From positions 1 to 64,000 of the forward strand of contig CAWFJP010000005.1 in the NCBI GenBank assembly GCA_963816145.1: a DNA stretch of 64,000 nt, in the 5' to 3' direction. Below, piece after piece: positions 28,697 through 37,991 of the stretch; the first letter of the stretch is position 1, and each line of letters starts with the position of its first letter. The notes below the pieces were generated by a model, which saw only the letters and a list, made by a program, of their open reading frames with translations, had not been told where the DNA came from and searched no databases. Both the position numbers and the translations under genes were made by a program. This DNA comes from an uncultured delta proteobacterium. Lineage in GTDB: Bacteria; Desulfobacterota; Binatia; UBA9968.

Positions 28697-30856
28697 GTGG
28701 CGCTGCCTGAGGATCTATTTTCGCGCCGCAGTTGGTTTAGCCAGCTGCTGGTCGATCGCCTGGGCTCGGACAACGGCCGCAAGGCTGCGGTGGTTCTCTT
28801 GGCGCTGTTGGCTTTGGCGCAAATTGCTTTCGGCGAGGCGGGATGGCGCCCGGTGCGAAATCTCTGGTTTGACGCCTTTCAAAGAGCGGCACCGCGTGGC
28901 GTAGCTAGTCTCCCGGCGGTGATCGTCGATATCGATGACGAAAGCCTGCAACAGTTCGGCCGTTGGCCTTGGCCGCGCACCCGGTTGGCGCAACTCATCG
29001 ATGCGACTTATCGCCTTGGCGCCCTCGCTGTCGGTCTCGATATAATCATGCCGGAGGCAGACAGTCTGTCGCCGCAGCGCTTGTTGGCCGAGCGTCATGA
29101 TGCCACGCCAGCGATGCGGCAAGCGCTCGCCGCGCTGCCGTCCAATGATGCGATCCTCGCCGATACTTTGCGCCAAGTGCCGTCCGTGCTCGGGCGGGCG
29201 GCGCTGATCGATGCATCTCCGGGGAGGGCGTCGACTGCGATCCAAACTCCCGCGCTGATTGCCGGTGAAGCGCCGCTACAATACTTGACCAATCATAACC
29301 GACAAATCGTTAATCTTCCTGAGCTTGAGTCCGCTGCCCACGGCCGCGGTTATCTCAACGACAGCCGCGACAGTGACGGAATTGTCCGGAGCATGCCATT
29401 GGTGCTCAGCGTCAACGGCGCACCGGCGCCGGCTTTGGCCATCGAACTTTTGCGAGTGGCCACCGGCCAGGCGGCCTATTCGGTGCGCAGCGACCGCCAC
29501 GGCATCGTCGGCTTGCAGATCGGCACGTCGCTGATACCCACCGACGGCGATGGCAAACTGCGTCTGTACTATTCGTACGCCCACGGCGCGCGACGGGTTT
29601 CGGCGGCGGCGATCCTGCGCGGCACCTTGGCGCCCAATGCTTTGGCTAATCAAGTGGCGATCGTCGGCGCTACTGCGGTGGGCATCAGCGATGTGGCGGC
29701 GACACCGGTTGGCGCCCGTATGGACGGTGTCGAGATTCATGCTCAATTGATCGAAAATATTCTTTACGGCACCCGCTTGATTCGACCGGCATCGGCGCGC
29801 TGGTGGGAATTGTTCGGCCTGGTCGCATTCGGCGTCGTTTTGATCGTCGCGTTACCACGGCGTAAACCGGCGGTGGGCGTGGGGTTGTACTGTGTCCTCG
29901 CCGCGACACTGGTCATCGCCAGCTTTATCGCTTTTCAAAAACTTCGTGTGCTCTACGATCCGACACTGCCGGTGGTGGCCAACGGCCTCGTCGTCGGGCT
30001 ACTGCTGACGGCGGGCTTTTCGGCGGCTCTGCGGCGCCGCCGGGAACTTGATGCCGAGTTGGCCGTCGAGCGCAACGAACGGTTGCGCGCCGCCGGTGAA
30101 CTGCGCGCGGCGCGGGAAATCCAGATGGGCATGTTGCCCGATCCCAAAGCGATCGACGGCATGCCGGCGAATCTCGATTTCTATGCTCTGTTGGAACCGG
30201 CCCAAGAGATTGGCGGCGATCTCTACGATGCCTTCATGCTCGACGAGCGGCGGCTGTTTTTCATGATCGGCGATGTCTCGGGCAAGGGCGTGCCGGCGTC
30301 GTTGTTCATGGCGCTGACCAAGACCTTGTGCAAGAGCCTGGCGCGGCGGGAGCGGACAGAGCTTGGCCAAGTGCTCAGTTCGGTAAACGACGAGATCTCG
30401 CGCGACAATCCCACGGCGATGTTCGTCACCGCGATCATCGGTGTGGTCGATGGCAGTACGGGGGAGGTGGAACTGTGCAACGCCGGTCACAATGCGCCGA
30501 TACTTTTGCACGCGGAGCAAGCGCCACGCGAGCTCGACGGTGCGGGCGGGCCGCCGCTCTGTCTTGATGCAGGGTTTTCCTACCCAACGCAGCGATTGCG
30601 GTTGGATGCTGGCGACATCTTGATCTTGATTACCGACGGTATCACGGAGGCGGAAAATAGCCGGCAAGCGCAGTATGGCTTGGCCCGTACGCTCCAATGT
30701 TTGGCCAAGGATGGAACACTCAGCGCCGCCGCGGTTTGCCAGAAGGTTCACGCCGATGTAAAAACCTTTACCGCTGAGGCGCCGCCCTCCGACGATCTAA
30801 CACTGCTGGCGGTGGGCTTTCGTGATCCGTCGGCAATTACGCCTTCCACGTCGTGA
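28697..30856 (+). CDS. CHASE2 sensor domain - SpoIIE/PP2C phosphatase
   Basis: IVDIDDESL..GRWPWPR, DSDGIVR, GVEIHAQ, 3 TM helices, AREIQMGML, GGDLYD, GDVSGKG, NAGH, TDGITEA, DDLT. Confidence 0.93.
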   Translation: MALPEDLFSRRSWFSQLLVDRLGSDNGRKAAVVLLALLALAQIAFGEAGWRPVRNLWFDAFQRAAPRGVASLPAVIVDIDDESLQQFGRWPWPRTRLAQLIDATYRLGALAVGLDIIMPEADSLSPQRLLAERHDATPAMRQALAALPSNDAILADTLRQVPSVLGRAALIDASPGRASTAIQTPALIAGEAPLQYLTNHNRQIVNLPELESAAHGRGYLNDSRDSDGIVRSMPLVLSVNGAPAPALAIELLRVATGQAAYSVRSDRHGIVGLQIGTSLIPTDGDGKLRLYYSYAHGARRVSAAAILRGTLAPNALANQVAIVGATAVGISDVAATPVGARMDGVEIHAQLIENILYGTRLIRPASARWWELFGLVAFGVVLIVALPRRKPAVGVGLYCVLAATLVIASFIAFQKLRVLYDPTLPVVANGLVVGLLLTAGFSAALRRRRELDAELAVERNERLRAAGELRAAREIQMGMLPDPKAIDGMPANLDFYALLEPAQEIGGDLYDAFMLDERRLFFMIGDVSGKGVPASLFMALTKTLCKSLARRERTELGQVLSSVNDEISRDNPTAMFVTAIIGVVDGSTGEVELCNAGHNAPILLHAEQAPRELDGAGGPPLCLDAGFSYPTQRLRLDAGDILILITDGITEAENSRQAQYGLARTLQCLAKDGTLSAAAVCQKVHADVKTFTAEAPPSDDLTLLAVGFRDPSAITPSTS

Positions 30857-30936
30857 AATTCGCGGCTGCCACACTGCAAATCTGGCCCGAGATCCACCAG
30901 AGATTCGCACTCGTTCGGCAATCTTTTGAAGTTAAA

Positions 30937-31593
30937 TTAGCGTAGAATGACTTCGACGCGGCGATTGCGCGCTTCAGGTTGTTCGTCGGCGGTGGGCACC
31001 AGGGGTTCTCGCTCGCCGCGGCCCACCGCACGTATGAATGTCGCCTTGATGCCGGTTCGCACCAGCATGGTGCGCACCGCTTCGGCGCGCTGCAGCGAGA
31101 GCCGGTCGTTATCGGCTTCGCTGCCGACGCGGTCGGTATGACCGGTGACCTGAACTTCGACGGCTTGGCGGCGCGCGGCGTCCGCCATTAGCGCTTCCAG
31201 CTGCGGCCGAGAGCCCGGAGTGATTTGCGTGCTGTTGGTTTCAAAGTAGAGCGTGAAGCTGATGGGCTTGGGTGGTTGTGCGGCCAGCGCCGCGGCGAAG
31301 GTTTGATCGGTTTCCGCGGCAGTAGGAGATTTTCGCTCGATCTTGCCTTCGGTGTCTACGGTTGCCGCGTTGAAAGGCCGATCCAATGTCAGTGCGTTAG
31401 CGCCTTCGCCGACAATTACGGCGGTCGGTGCGCCGCCCTCTTCGGGCAGCAGCACGACATAGGTGTTGGCTTTGGGCGCCGGTTTTACAGTCGCGCAAGC
31501 AGCGAGTACGGCGCATGCGACGCTTAACGAGACGGCCGGACGCAGCTGCAAACCGAGCCATCGGGCGCTCGGCCGAAAATTTTTATTCTTCAA
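30937..31593 (-). CDS. OmpA-family lipoprotein
   Basis: Lipobox LAAC; LYF, GHTDRVG, NDRLSLQRAEAV, GRGE, NRRVEV. Confidence 0.92.
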   Translation of the reverse strand: MKNKNFRPSARWLGLQLRPAVSLSVACAVLAACATVKPAPKANTYVVLLPEEGGAPTAVIVGEGANALTLDRPFNAATVDTEGKIERKSPTAAETDQTFAAALAAQPPKPISFTLYFETNSTQITPGSRPQLEALMADAARRQAVEVQVTGHTDRVGSEADNDRLSLQRAEAVRTMLVRTGIKATFIRAVGRGEREPLVPTADEQPEARNRRVEVILR

Positions 31594-32026
31594 CTTTGAC
31601 CGCGAAGGTGGTGCCGCGCACGCCGAGGATGGTCGTCGGGGTTTTGACCTTCATGGCGTCGGGCGAGCGTTTGGCGATTTGGCCGGAGACGACCGCCAAG
31701 GTGCCGCGCTGCACGTCGGTGACGAACTCGCCGTCCTGGGTGGTTGGATTGAAGCGGAACTGTTTGAGTTCGATGCGGCTGTTGGGGCCGGCAGAGAGTC
31801 GAGAGCTGTCGATGAAGGTCAAGCCGACCGTGCCGTTGGCGCCGGTGATGATCACGTCGGACTGCTGCACCAGGTCACCCGGCTTGGCCGGCAACTGGAC
31901 GGTTTGGCGCAAAAGGAATACTTCGCCGCTGACGTTCTTAATCTGGCCGATGTCCGCAAAGGCCACGGTGGCTGTTGCGATGATGAATCCGACCCATAGG
32001 GGTAAAGCTCGGTAACAAGATTTCAC
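31583..32026 (-). CDS. Stand-alone exported FecR-domain protein
   Basis: Signal peptide; DVIITGANG, FIDSSRLSAGPNS, VKTPTTILGVRGTTF. Confidence 0.9.
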   Translation of the reverse strand: MKSCYRALPLWVGFIIATATVAFADIGQIKNVSGEVFLLRQTVQLPAKPGDLVQQSDVIITGANGTVGLTFIDSSRLSAGPNSRIELKQFRFNPTTQDGEFVTDVQRGTLAVVSGQIAKRSPDAMKVKTPTTILGVRGTTFAVKVEE

Positions 32027-32110
32027 TGGATCACCTAGTCTCCGGATTGCGCGCCGGGTAAATTTTTACAGTTGGGCAATTGTACCAGACCCAAGCTTGG
32101 CGCGGCAACC

Positions 32111-33184
32111 TCATCGCGCCGAAACCGCCGCACGCAGATTGTTAACCAGAAACAGTAAGATGGCGAGGGCGTTGAACAGGCCGCCCAATTTTTGCCCACC
32201 GGGCAAGAATGCGAGGTCGCCGGCAATGCGGAGCAGCAGCGAGATATGGAGCAAGCCGGCATGGAGGTAGAACGCATTATCGAACGGCAACGCCAGTCCG
32301 GTGATGGTCGGCAAGATGATCGGCGCATGGGCGAAGATCATCGAGAAAATGAAGCCGAGAAATACCGTGTGGAGGGCGGCGTCGTAAAGCGGTCCTGCGC
32401 CAAAAAAACGCGCAAACCAGATCCAAAAGACGCCGCCGAGGGCGAGCCAAAAGTAGCCGCAAATCAGGCAGCGCGCCATGAAGCGGGGCAAACCTGGCAG
32501 TTTGACGCTCTGCCAAGCGAGATCGTAGCGCAACAACCAGAGAGCCACGGCGATCAGCCCGGCGCCGGCGATGCGCACGCCGAGTCGGAAGTCGACAAGC
32601 GTCAAAGCTAGGCCGGCGACAAAAATCAACAGCGCGACGCGCAACGACAGCCGCACCCAAAGGGGCGGACGGCGCACCCGGCCGATCTCCAGCCTTTCGC
32701 CGGCGATCATGACGACGAGAAAACCGGCCCACCAAGGCACGACTTGGAAGATCGTTGACTCCAGCCACCAGAGAAGATTGCCGCACAAGAGCAATGCGGC
32801 GCTCAGTTGCATGACGATGAAATGTTCTTCGCGCCGAAGGCGAAAAAGCTGATAGAAAAACAGCATCAGCAATGCCGCCGCGATGACGGCGAAAAACGCC
32901 GACAGCTTTTGTGGCCCACTAAGGATTAACGTGACAATGGTAAAGACGCTAAGCAGAGGTATACCGTAAACCCACCAACGGTCGACTGCGGAGGCACGCT
33001 CCAAGCCGATCAAGGTCAGCAAAAAGCCGATGGCCATCAATGGGCCGTGTAAAGCGATCATGGCCGGATTCGGCAGCGGCAGAGCGACGCCGAGCCGTGC
33101 GATGCCGATCCAAATGCCGGAGAGCAGTGACAAGCCGGCGAAGCCGATGAAGAGAAAGCGAAGCGGGCGAGGCGGCGCGTTCAT
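32111..33184 (-). CDS. Polytopic membrane protein, NnrS-like
   Basis: About 11 hydrophobic helices; HGPLMAIGF..LIGLERA, IAGERLE, YDAALHTVFLGFIFSMIFAHAPII. Confidence 0.65.
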   Translation of the reverse strand: MNAPPRPLRFLFIGFAGLSLLSGIWIGIARLGVALPLPNPAMIALHGPLMAIGFLLTLIGLERASAVDRWWVYGIPLLSVFTIVTLILSGPQKLSAFFAVIAAALLMLFFYQLFRLRREEHFIVMQLSAALLLCGNLLWWLESTIFQVVPWWAGFLVVMIAGERLEIGRVRRPPLWVRLSLRVALLIFVAGLALTLVDFRLGVRIAGAGLIAVALWLLRYDLAWQSVKLPGLPRFMARCLICGYFWLALGGVFWIWFARFFGAGPLYDAALHTVFLGFIFSMIFAHAPIILPTITGLALPFDNAFYLHAGLLHISLLLRIAGDLAFLPGGQKLGGLFNALAILLFLVNNLRAAVSAR

Positions 33185-33230
33185 CGTCGGTATTATTTAT
33201 GAACCGTTGACCGGAAGTTCAAGCACTCAT

Positions 33231-33316
33231 TTCACCACGAAGAGCACGAAGGACACGAAGGTAAGACAAGAAAATATTTCCGAACCCTCTGTGCTCTTCG
33301 TGTCCTTCGCGGTGAG
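33231..33316. repeat. Solo hairpin, family A
   Basis: TTCACCACGAAGAGCACGAAGGACACGAAG...TTCCGAACCCTCTGTGCTCTTCGTGTCCTTCGCGGTGAG; right arm mixes CTCTGTG and CTTCGTG units. Confidence 0.92.
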
Positions 33317-33348
33317 TATCTAATTTGGTACTTGCCGCTAATGCTCAT

Positions 33349-35133
33349 TTACACCGCAGCAGGTGTGGTGCCGCTGGGTCCCGCGTGCATGTCATGATGC
33401 ACGCCGAAGCGGCGGCCGAAATAGCGCACTAAAAGGGCGCCGGTGACGGTGAAGGAGATGATGAAGATGCTGAGGATGCTCGCCGCTTCGCGGTTGCCGA
33501 CGGCATTGGAGGAGAGCTCCAGCGCCATCAATGAAAGCGTCATGGTGTCGCGGGAAGCTAGCAAAATGATGCTGCTAGTGGCACCGGAGGCGGCGACGAA
33601 GTTCATCACCGCCAGCAATACCAAGGTCGGCATGAGCAGCGGCAGCCAGATTTTGAAATAGGTTCTAATCCAGCCGGCGCCGGAGACGCGCGCGGCTTCT
33701 TCCATGTCGGCGCCGACCTGAACAAGCACGCCTTTCATAATATTGACGCCGGTGGTTTTGCCTTGCAGGATGACAACGATGATAAGCGCCCAGATGGTGC
33801 CAAAGAGCGCATTTAGACCAGGCGTGCCGATGAACACCCAGAGAAGCCCAAGGCCGGCGAGTATCCCGGGGATCGCGCCGGCTCCCCAGATCATTAGATC
33901 GAGTGTCGCGCGTCCGGGCAGCCGTGTGCGCACAAGAATGTAGGCAAGCACGGAAAAAATCAGCGGGCTCAAGACCGCCGCGGTGAGCGCCAGGGTAAGG
34001 GTCGTGCGCAGCGCTTTGACGAAAACCGGGTCGGTGAGTACCAAGCGCCAGTGTTCCAGTGTGAAGCCCAAGACGAAATAGCCGATGCGCTGCATGAAAC
34101 TGCCGAGCACTAGGACCCCCAGAGGGCCGGCGGTCAAGAGCGCCAAAACTGCTGCGAGTATCGCGAAGGCGATGTAATTCCAATGGCCGAGGTCGATCAA
34201 GCCGGGACGAAAATTGCCGGTGATCGTGGTGTAGCGGCGCCGCTCCAAAATCCAGCGCTGCAGCGGGATGATCAAGACGATCATCAAGAGCGTGATGCTC
34301 GCCAGAACGGTGGCCTCGCCGTAGTTTGGAATCTGGTTCCGCACCAGAGCGAAAATTTTTGTCGAATAAACGAAAAATCCGAACGGCATGCCGAGCAGGT
34401 ATTCAGTTTCGAACGACTGAAAGACCCGCAACAATTGCAAGGCGAGCACCATCATCATCGGCGAGATCATCAACGGCAGAGTGACTTTGAAGAGCGTGCG
34501 CAGATTGCTCGCGCCGCCGACCCGGGCGGCTTCTTCCAAGGTCGAATCCATGTTGCGGAACGCCGGGGTCAAAAGCATCACCTTGATCGAGATGCCGTGG
34601 CCCATCAGATTGGCCCAGACGATGCCGGGCACGCTGAAAATATTGAATGGCCCCTGCTCGAGACCGAAGAGACTTTTCAAACCGACGTTGATCATGCCGA
34701 TGTCCGGGTCGAGCAAAGTGATCCAGGCGATGGTGGTCGGCAAGCTCGGCACCATGTAGGACACCCAGAATAAAAATTCCAGCGTGTGGCTGAAGGGGAT
34801 TTTGCTGCGCGCCAAAATCCACGCGATGGCGACGCCGACGGGAAAGCTGATCGATACCGTGAGCGACCAGATGAGAAGCGAGTTGCCCAGCGAGGCAACC
34901 AAGCCGGGGCGTTGAAAGGCGTTTTGCCAATGTTTGGCGCCCCAGACGCGCGGCTCGACAAACCAGTCGTTGGCGGCATTGAAACTGTTGATCAGTAACA
35001 GCAGCACCGGCCAGATGAGAAAATAACCGAGCACGATCAACAGCACCGCCATGATGAAATGGCCGCGGCTGAGGCGCGGCGCGGCGAGGGGTTGCGGCAC
35101 TACGACTTGGTCCAGGGTTGGGGAATGCTCCAT
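33349..35133 (-). CDS. Fe3+-type ABC transporter permease (two TM domains)
   Basis: Two EAA loops: LEEAARVGGAS and MEEAARVSGAG. Confidence 0.93.
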   Translation of the reverse strand: MEHSPTLDQVVVPQPLAAPRLSRGHFIMAVLLIVLGYFLIWPVLLLLINSFNAANDWFVEPRVWGAKHWQNAFQRPGLVASLGNSLLIWSLTVSISFPVGVAIAWILARSKIPFSHTLEFLFWVSYMVPSLPTTIAWITLLDPDIGMINVGLKSLFGLEQGPFNIFSVPGIVWANLMGHGISIKVMLLTPAFRNMDSTLEEAARVGGASNLRTLFKVTLPLMISPMMMVLALQLLRVFQSFETEYLLGMPFGFFVYSTKIFALVRNQIPNYGEATVLASITLLMIVLIIPLQRWILERRRYTTITGNFRPGLIDLGHWNYIAFAILAAVLALLTAGPLGVLVLGSFMQRIGYFVLGFTLEHWRLVLTDPVFVKALRTTLTLALTAAVLSPLIFSVLAYILVRTRLPGRATLDLMIWGAGAIPGILAGLGLLWVFIGTPGLNALFGTIWALIIVVILQGKTTGVNIMKGVLVQVGADMEEAARVSGAGWIRTYFKIWLPLLMPTLVLLAVMNFVAASGATSSIILLASRDTMTLSLMALELSSNAVGNREAASILSIFIISFTVTGALLVRYFGRRFGVHHDMHAGPSGTTPAAV

Positions 35134-35145
35134 GGGCGGTTAATA

Positions 35146-35242
35146 GTTCCAGCCGTTCCAGTGGTTCCAATCGTTCCAGTCGTCTCGATCGATGGCTGTC
35201 GTTAACAACTGGAACTTTTGGAACTATTGAAACCTTTGGAAC
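35146..35242. repeat. Family E hairpin (GTTCCA/TGGAAC 9-mers) at the SBP-permease junction
   Basis: GTTCCAGCC GTTCCAGTG GTTCCAATC GTTCCAGTC ... CTGGAACTT TTGGAACTA TTGAAACCT TTGGAAC. Confidence 0.9.
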
Positions 35243-35251
35243 TGTTCTTTC

Positions 35252-36505
35252 TTATTTCTGCCGACTCTCCCAAAGTTTGAACACCCACTTCTGGATTTCT
35301 TCCGTTTTTTCGCTGCTGGTCGGCTCGGCGTCGGGGAAGGCATACTCCTTGCCGTAGCCGCGACGCTGCTGCGGTGATACTTCACCGAAAGGAATATCAT
35401 TGCGCAGCGACGATCGGTCGAGATTGGGAATCAGCGTATGGGTCGCCGTCTGGCCTTCCTTGCTCAAAAACCAATTGATGAATAGCTTGGCGGCGTTGGG
35501 ATGGGAAGCGTTAGCAAACGCCGAAATGCAGCAGCCCGAGCCCGAAGCGCGCAGCACGCCCTGCTTCTTGACCAAGTAGCGCGGCTTGATCGGCAAGCCT
35601 TTGCGCGACAGGGCGACGTAGTCTTCGGTGCCGGTGGCGACGAACTGCAGCGGGAAGCGGCCGTTCACCAGCCAAGTCTCAAGTATGCGCCGATCGTCAG
35701 TGAAGGTGACGCCGGTGTCGAGCATGTATTTCTTGACCCAGTCGGGACCGCGGTCGGGCTCGTAGTAGCTATCGATCATCTGGCGGATGCCCGAGGGATC
35801 GCCCAGGCCTTGACCGGCGATCTTGCCCTTCCAGCGCGGATGAAACACGTCGGTTTGCAAGTTCAGGGTCGCGATCTCGGCTTCTTTGATCTTGTCGGTG
35901 TTGTACCAAGTCTCGTACTGGTCCTCCAAGCCGGCGTGGTAGATCATCGTGAACTTGCCGAACTTGTCGGTGTACATGTGGCGGCCTTTGTACCACTTCG
36001 ACAGGTCGGTGACCTCGGGATGGATCATCAGAGGCGCGAGCGGAACCACTGATTCCGAGGGCACCAGGCGCTGCTGATTTTCGCGCGAGCTGATCAGCGC
36101 CACGTCCATGGTGAATTTACCGGCTTTGCGCTCGGCCAGCACGCGATTGACCGTATCGGTGGCGTTGCCGGTGGACACTTCGACTTTGACGTTGAATTTT
36201 TTACTGAAGAGATCCACCACTGGCCGATACTGGCGCGACGGCGCGCCGCCGGAGGCGATCGACACGGTGCCTTCCTGCTGCGCCGCGGCGATGAGCTTGG
36301 ACCATTCCTGCTCGAAGTTGGCGCTTGTTTGCGGCGCGGCTTTGGTTGGTGCCGGTGCCGTGGCGGCGAGAATGGTGGCGGGGATTAAGATGCTGACAGC
36401 GAGGAGAATGAAGAGGGCCGTATGGCAATACGCCCCTACGAATCGCCCGATTCGGTTGGGCGGGTTGTCTTGCCTGCACCGAGGAGCCGCAGGATTATTG
36501 ATCAT
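35252..36505 (-). CDS. Extracellular solute-binding protein, Fe3+/AfuA-like
   Basis: GGAGG 8 nt before ATG; AAAQQEG, RVLAERKAGK, HPRWKGKI, HPNAAKLFINWFLSKEGQ. Confidence 0.9.
   Translation of the reverse strand: MINNPAAPRCRQDNPPNRIGRFVGAYCHTALFILLAVSILIPATILAATAPAPTKAAPQTSANFEQEWSKLIAAAQQEGTVSIASGGAPSRQYRPVVDLFSKKFNVKVEVSTGNATDTVNRVLAERKAGKFTMDVALISSRENQQRLVPSESVVPLAPLMIHPEVTDLSKWYKGRHMYTDKFGKFTMIYHAGLEDQYETWYNTDKIKEAEIATLNLQTDVFHPRWKGKIAGQGLGDPSGIRQMIDSYYEPDRGPDWVKKYMLDTGVTFTDDRRILETWLVNGRFPLQFVATGTEDYVALSRKGLPIKPRYLVKKQGVLRASGSGCCISAFANASHPNAAKLFINWFLSKEGQTATHTLIPNLDRSSLRNDIPFGEVSPQQRRGYGKEYAFPDAEPTSSEKTEEIQKWVFKLWESRQK
36414..36439 (-). repeat. GTAG-type REP (family B) inside the SBP signal-peptide coding region
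   Basis: Reverse complement GTAGGGGCGTATTGCCATACGGCCCT. Confidence 0.8.
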
Positions 36506-36563
36506 GACTGATACCTCCGATGGGTTCTTGTTGCTTTGGCGGCGTATTGTCTACGCCCATCCT

Positions 36564-37751
36564 TCAATCGTCTCGATGTGACCAATCCGATGTCCAGGCG
36601 CTGTGGCCGTCGGGGCGCAGCTTGAGCCAAACTTTGCTGCCCTCATCGATGGGTTGGTGCCGTTCGCCGTAGAGCAATACCGTGTTTTGCCCTTCGACTT
36701 CGACTTGGTACTCGATCCGCTCGCCGATAAACAGCGCCGCTTGCGCGCTGCCGCCAATCATCCCGGATGGCGGCTTGGTCCCGTTTGCCGGTAAGATCTC
36801 GACATCCTCCGGGCGCACGCCGATGTAAACGGCGGCGCCGGTTTTGATGCCGTCGGGATGATAAGTGCGGCCGAACACGACGCAGTCCGGCGCGCCTTCG
36901 AGGGCGATGGCCAACTGCCCGGACGGATTACCGCTCTGCACTTTGCCTTTGAAGAGCAAAGTTCTACCGACGAAGTCGCGAACAAATTCATTGGCCGGCT
37001 CTTCATAAAGCAAACGCGGATCGCCCTCCTGTTGGACCACTCCGAAATTCATCAGGGCGATGCGGTTGGATAAACTCAGCGCTTCGATTTGATCATGGGT
37101 GACGAACAGCATGGCGATGTTCAGTCTTTTTTGCAGCAGCTTGACGCCGATGCGCATCTGCTCGCGCAGTTTGGCGTCAAGGTTGCTGAACGGTTCGTCG
37201 AGCAGCAGCACGCGCGGTTCAGTAACCAAAGCGCGGGCGAAGGCGACGCGCTGCTGCTGGCCGCCGCTCAGGAGCGGTCCTGGACGGTCTTCGAAGCCCG
37301 CCAAGCCGACCAGTTCGAGGGCCTTCAATACGCGATCTTTGATCTCGCCTTTGGGAAAGTGTCGCGCATGGAGCGGAAACGCAACGTTCTCGGCCACCGT
37401 CATATGCGGCCAAATCGCGTAGGATTGAAAGACCATGCCGACATTGCGCTTGTCGGGCGGCATGAATAGCCGTTTTGCGGTCATGACCACGGCCTGTTCG
37501 GCGAAGAGAATATCGCCGGCGTCGGGATGCTCCAGACCGGCGACCATGCGCAACGTCGTGGTCTTGCCGCAGCCGCTGGGGCCGAGCAGCGTGAGGATCT
37601 CACCGTCGCGAATGTCGAGCGACAAATTCTGCACCGCCGGTTTGGTGCTGCCGGCGTAAGTCTTCCACAAGCCGCGCAAACTCACGGCGACTTTGGGCTT
37701 TGCGCTGTTAGCTGCCTGCGAAGCGGCAGATTTGGGCACGGCACTCGTCAT
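36564..37751 (-). CDS. ABC transporter ATP-binding protein (PotA/FbpC-like)
   Basis: GPSGCGKT, VFQSYAIWPHM, LSGGQQQR, LLLDEP, VTHDQ, C-terminal TOBE-like region. Confidence 0.95.
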   Translation of the reverse strand: MTSAVPKSAASQAANSAKPKVAVSLRGLWKTYAGSTKPAVQNLSLDIRDGEILTLLGPSGCGKTTTLRMVAGLEHPDAGDILFAEQAVVMTAKRLFMPPDKRNVGMVFQSYAIWPHMTVAENVAFPLHARHFPKGEIKDRVLKALELVGLAGFEDRPGPLLSGGQQQRVAFARALVTEPRVLLLDEPFSNLDAKLREQMRIGVKLLQKRLNIAMLFVTHDQIEALSLSNRIALMNFGVVQQEGDPRLLYEEPANEFVRDFVGRTLLFKGKVQSGNPSGQLAIALEGAPDCVVFGRTYHPDGIKTGAAVYIGVRPEDVEILPANGTKPPSGMIGGSAQAALFIGERIEYQVEVEGQNTVLLYGERHQPIDEGSKVWLKLRPDGHSAWTSDWSHRDD

Positions 37752-37866
37752 GGTGCTGATTCTTCTTACACGAAAGTGGGCGAGGACTCTAGAGGGTTTC
37801 GCAGTGTGATTGAAAATACGCCTCTACCAAGGTAGTGCAGTCGCATTTGATGAGGCAAGCATGTTA

Positions 37867-37947
37867 TTCACCACGAAGGCACGAAGGACGCGAAGATTCG
37901 GATAATAAGTTTCCGAGCTTCGTGCTCTTCGTGTCTTCGTGGTGAAA
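37867..37947. repeat. Solo hairpin, family A
   Basis: TTCACCACGAAGGCACGAAGGACGCGAAGATTCGGA...TTCCGAGCTTCGTGCTCTTCGTGTCTTCGTGGTGAAA. Confidence 0.92.
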
Positions 37948-37991
37948 CTGGAGTTCTCGTCATTCGCTCGATTGCTGGCGACAAAAATCGG

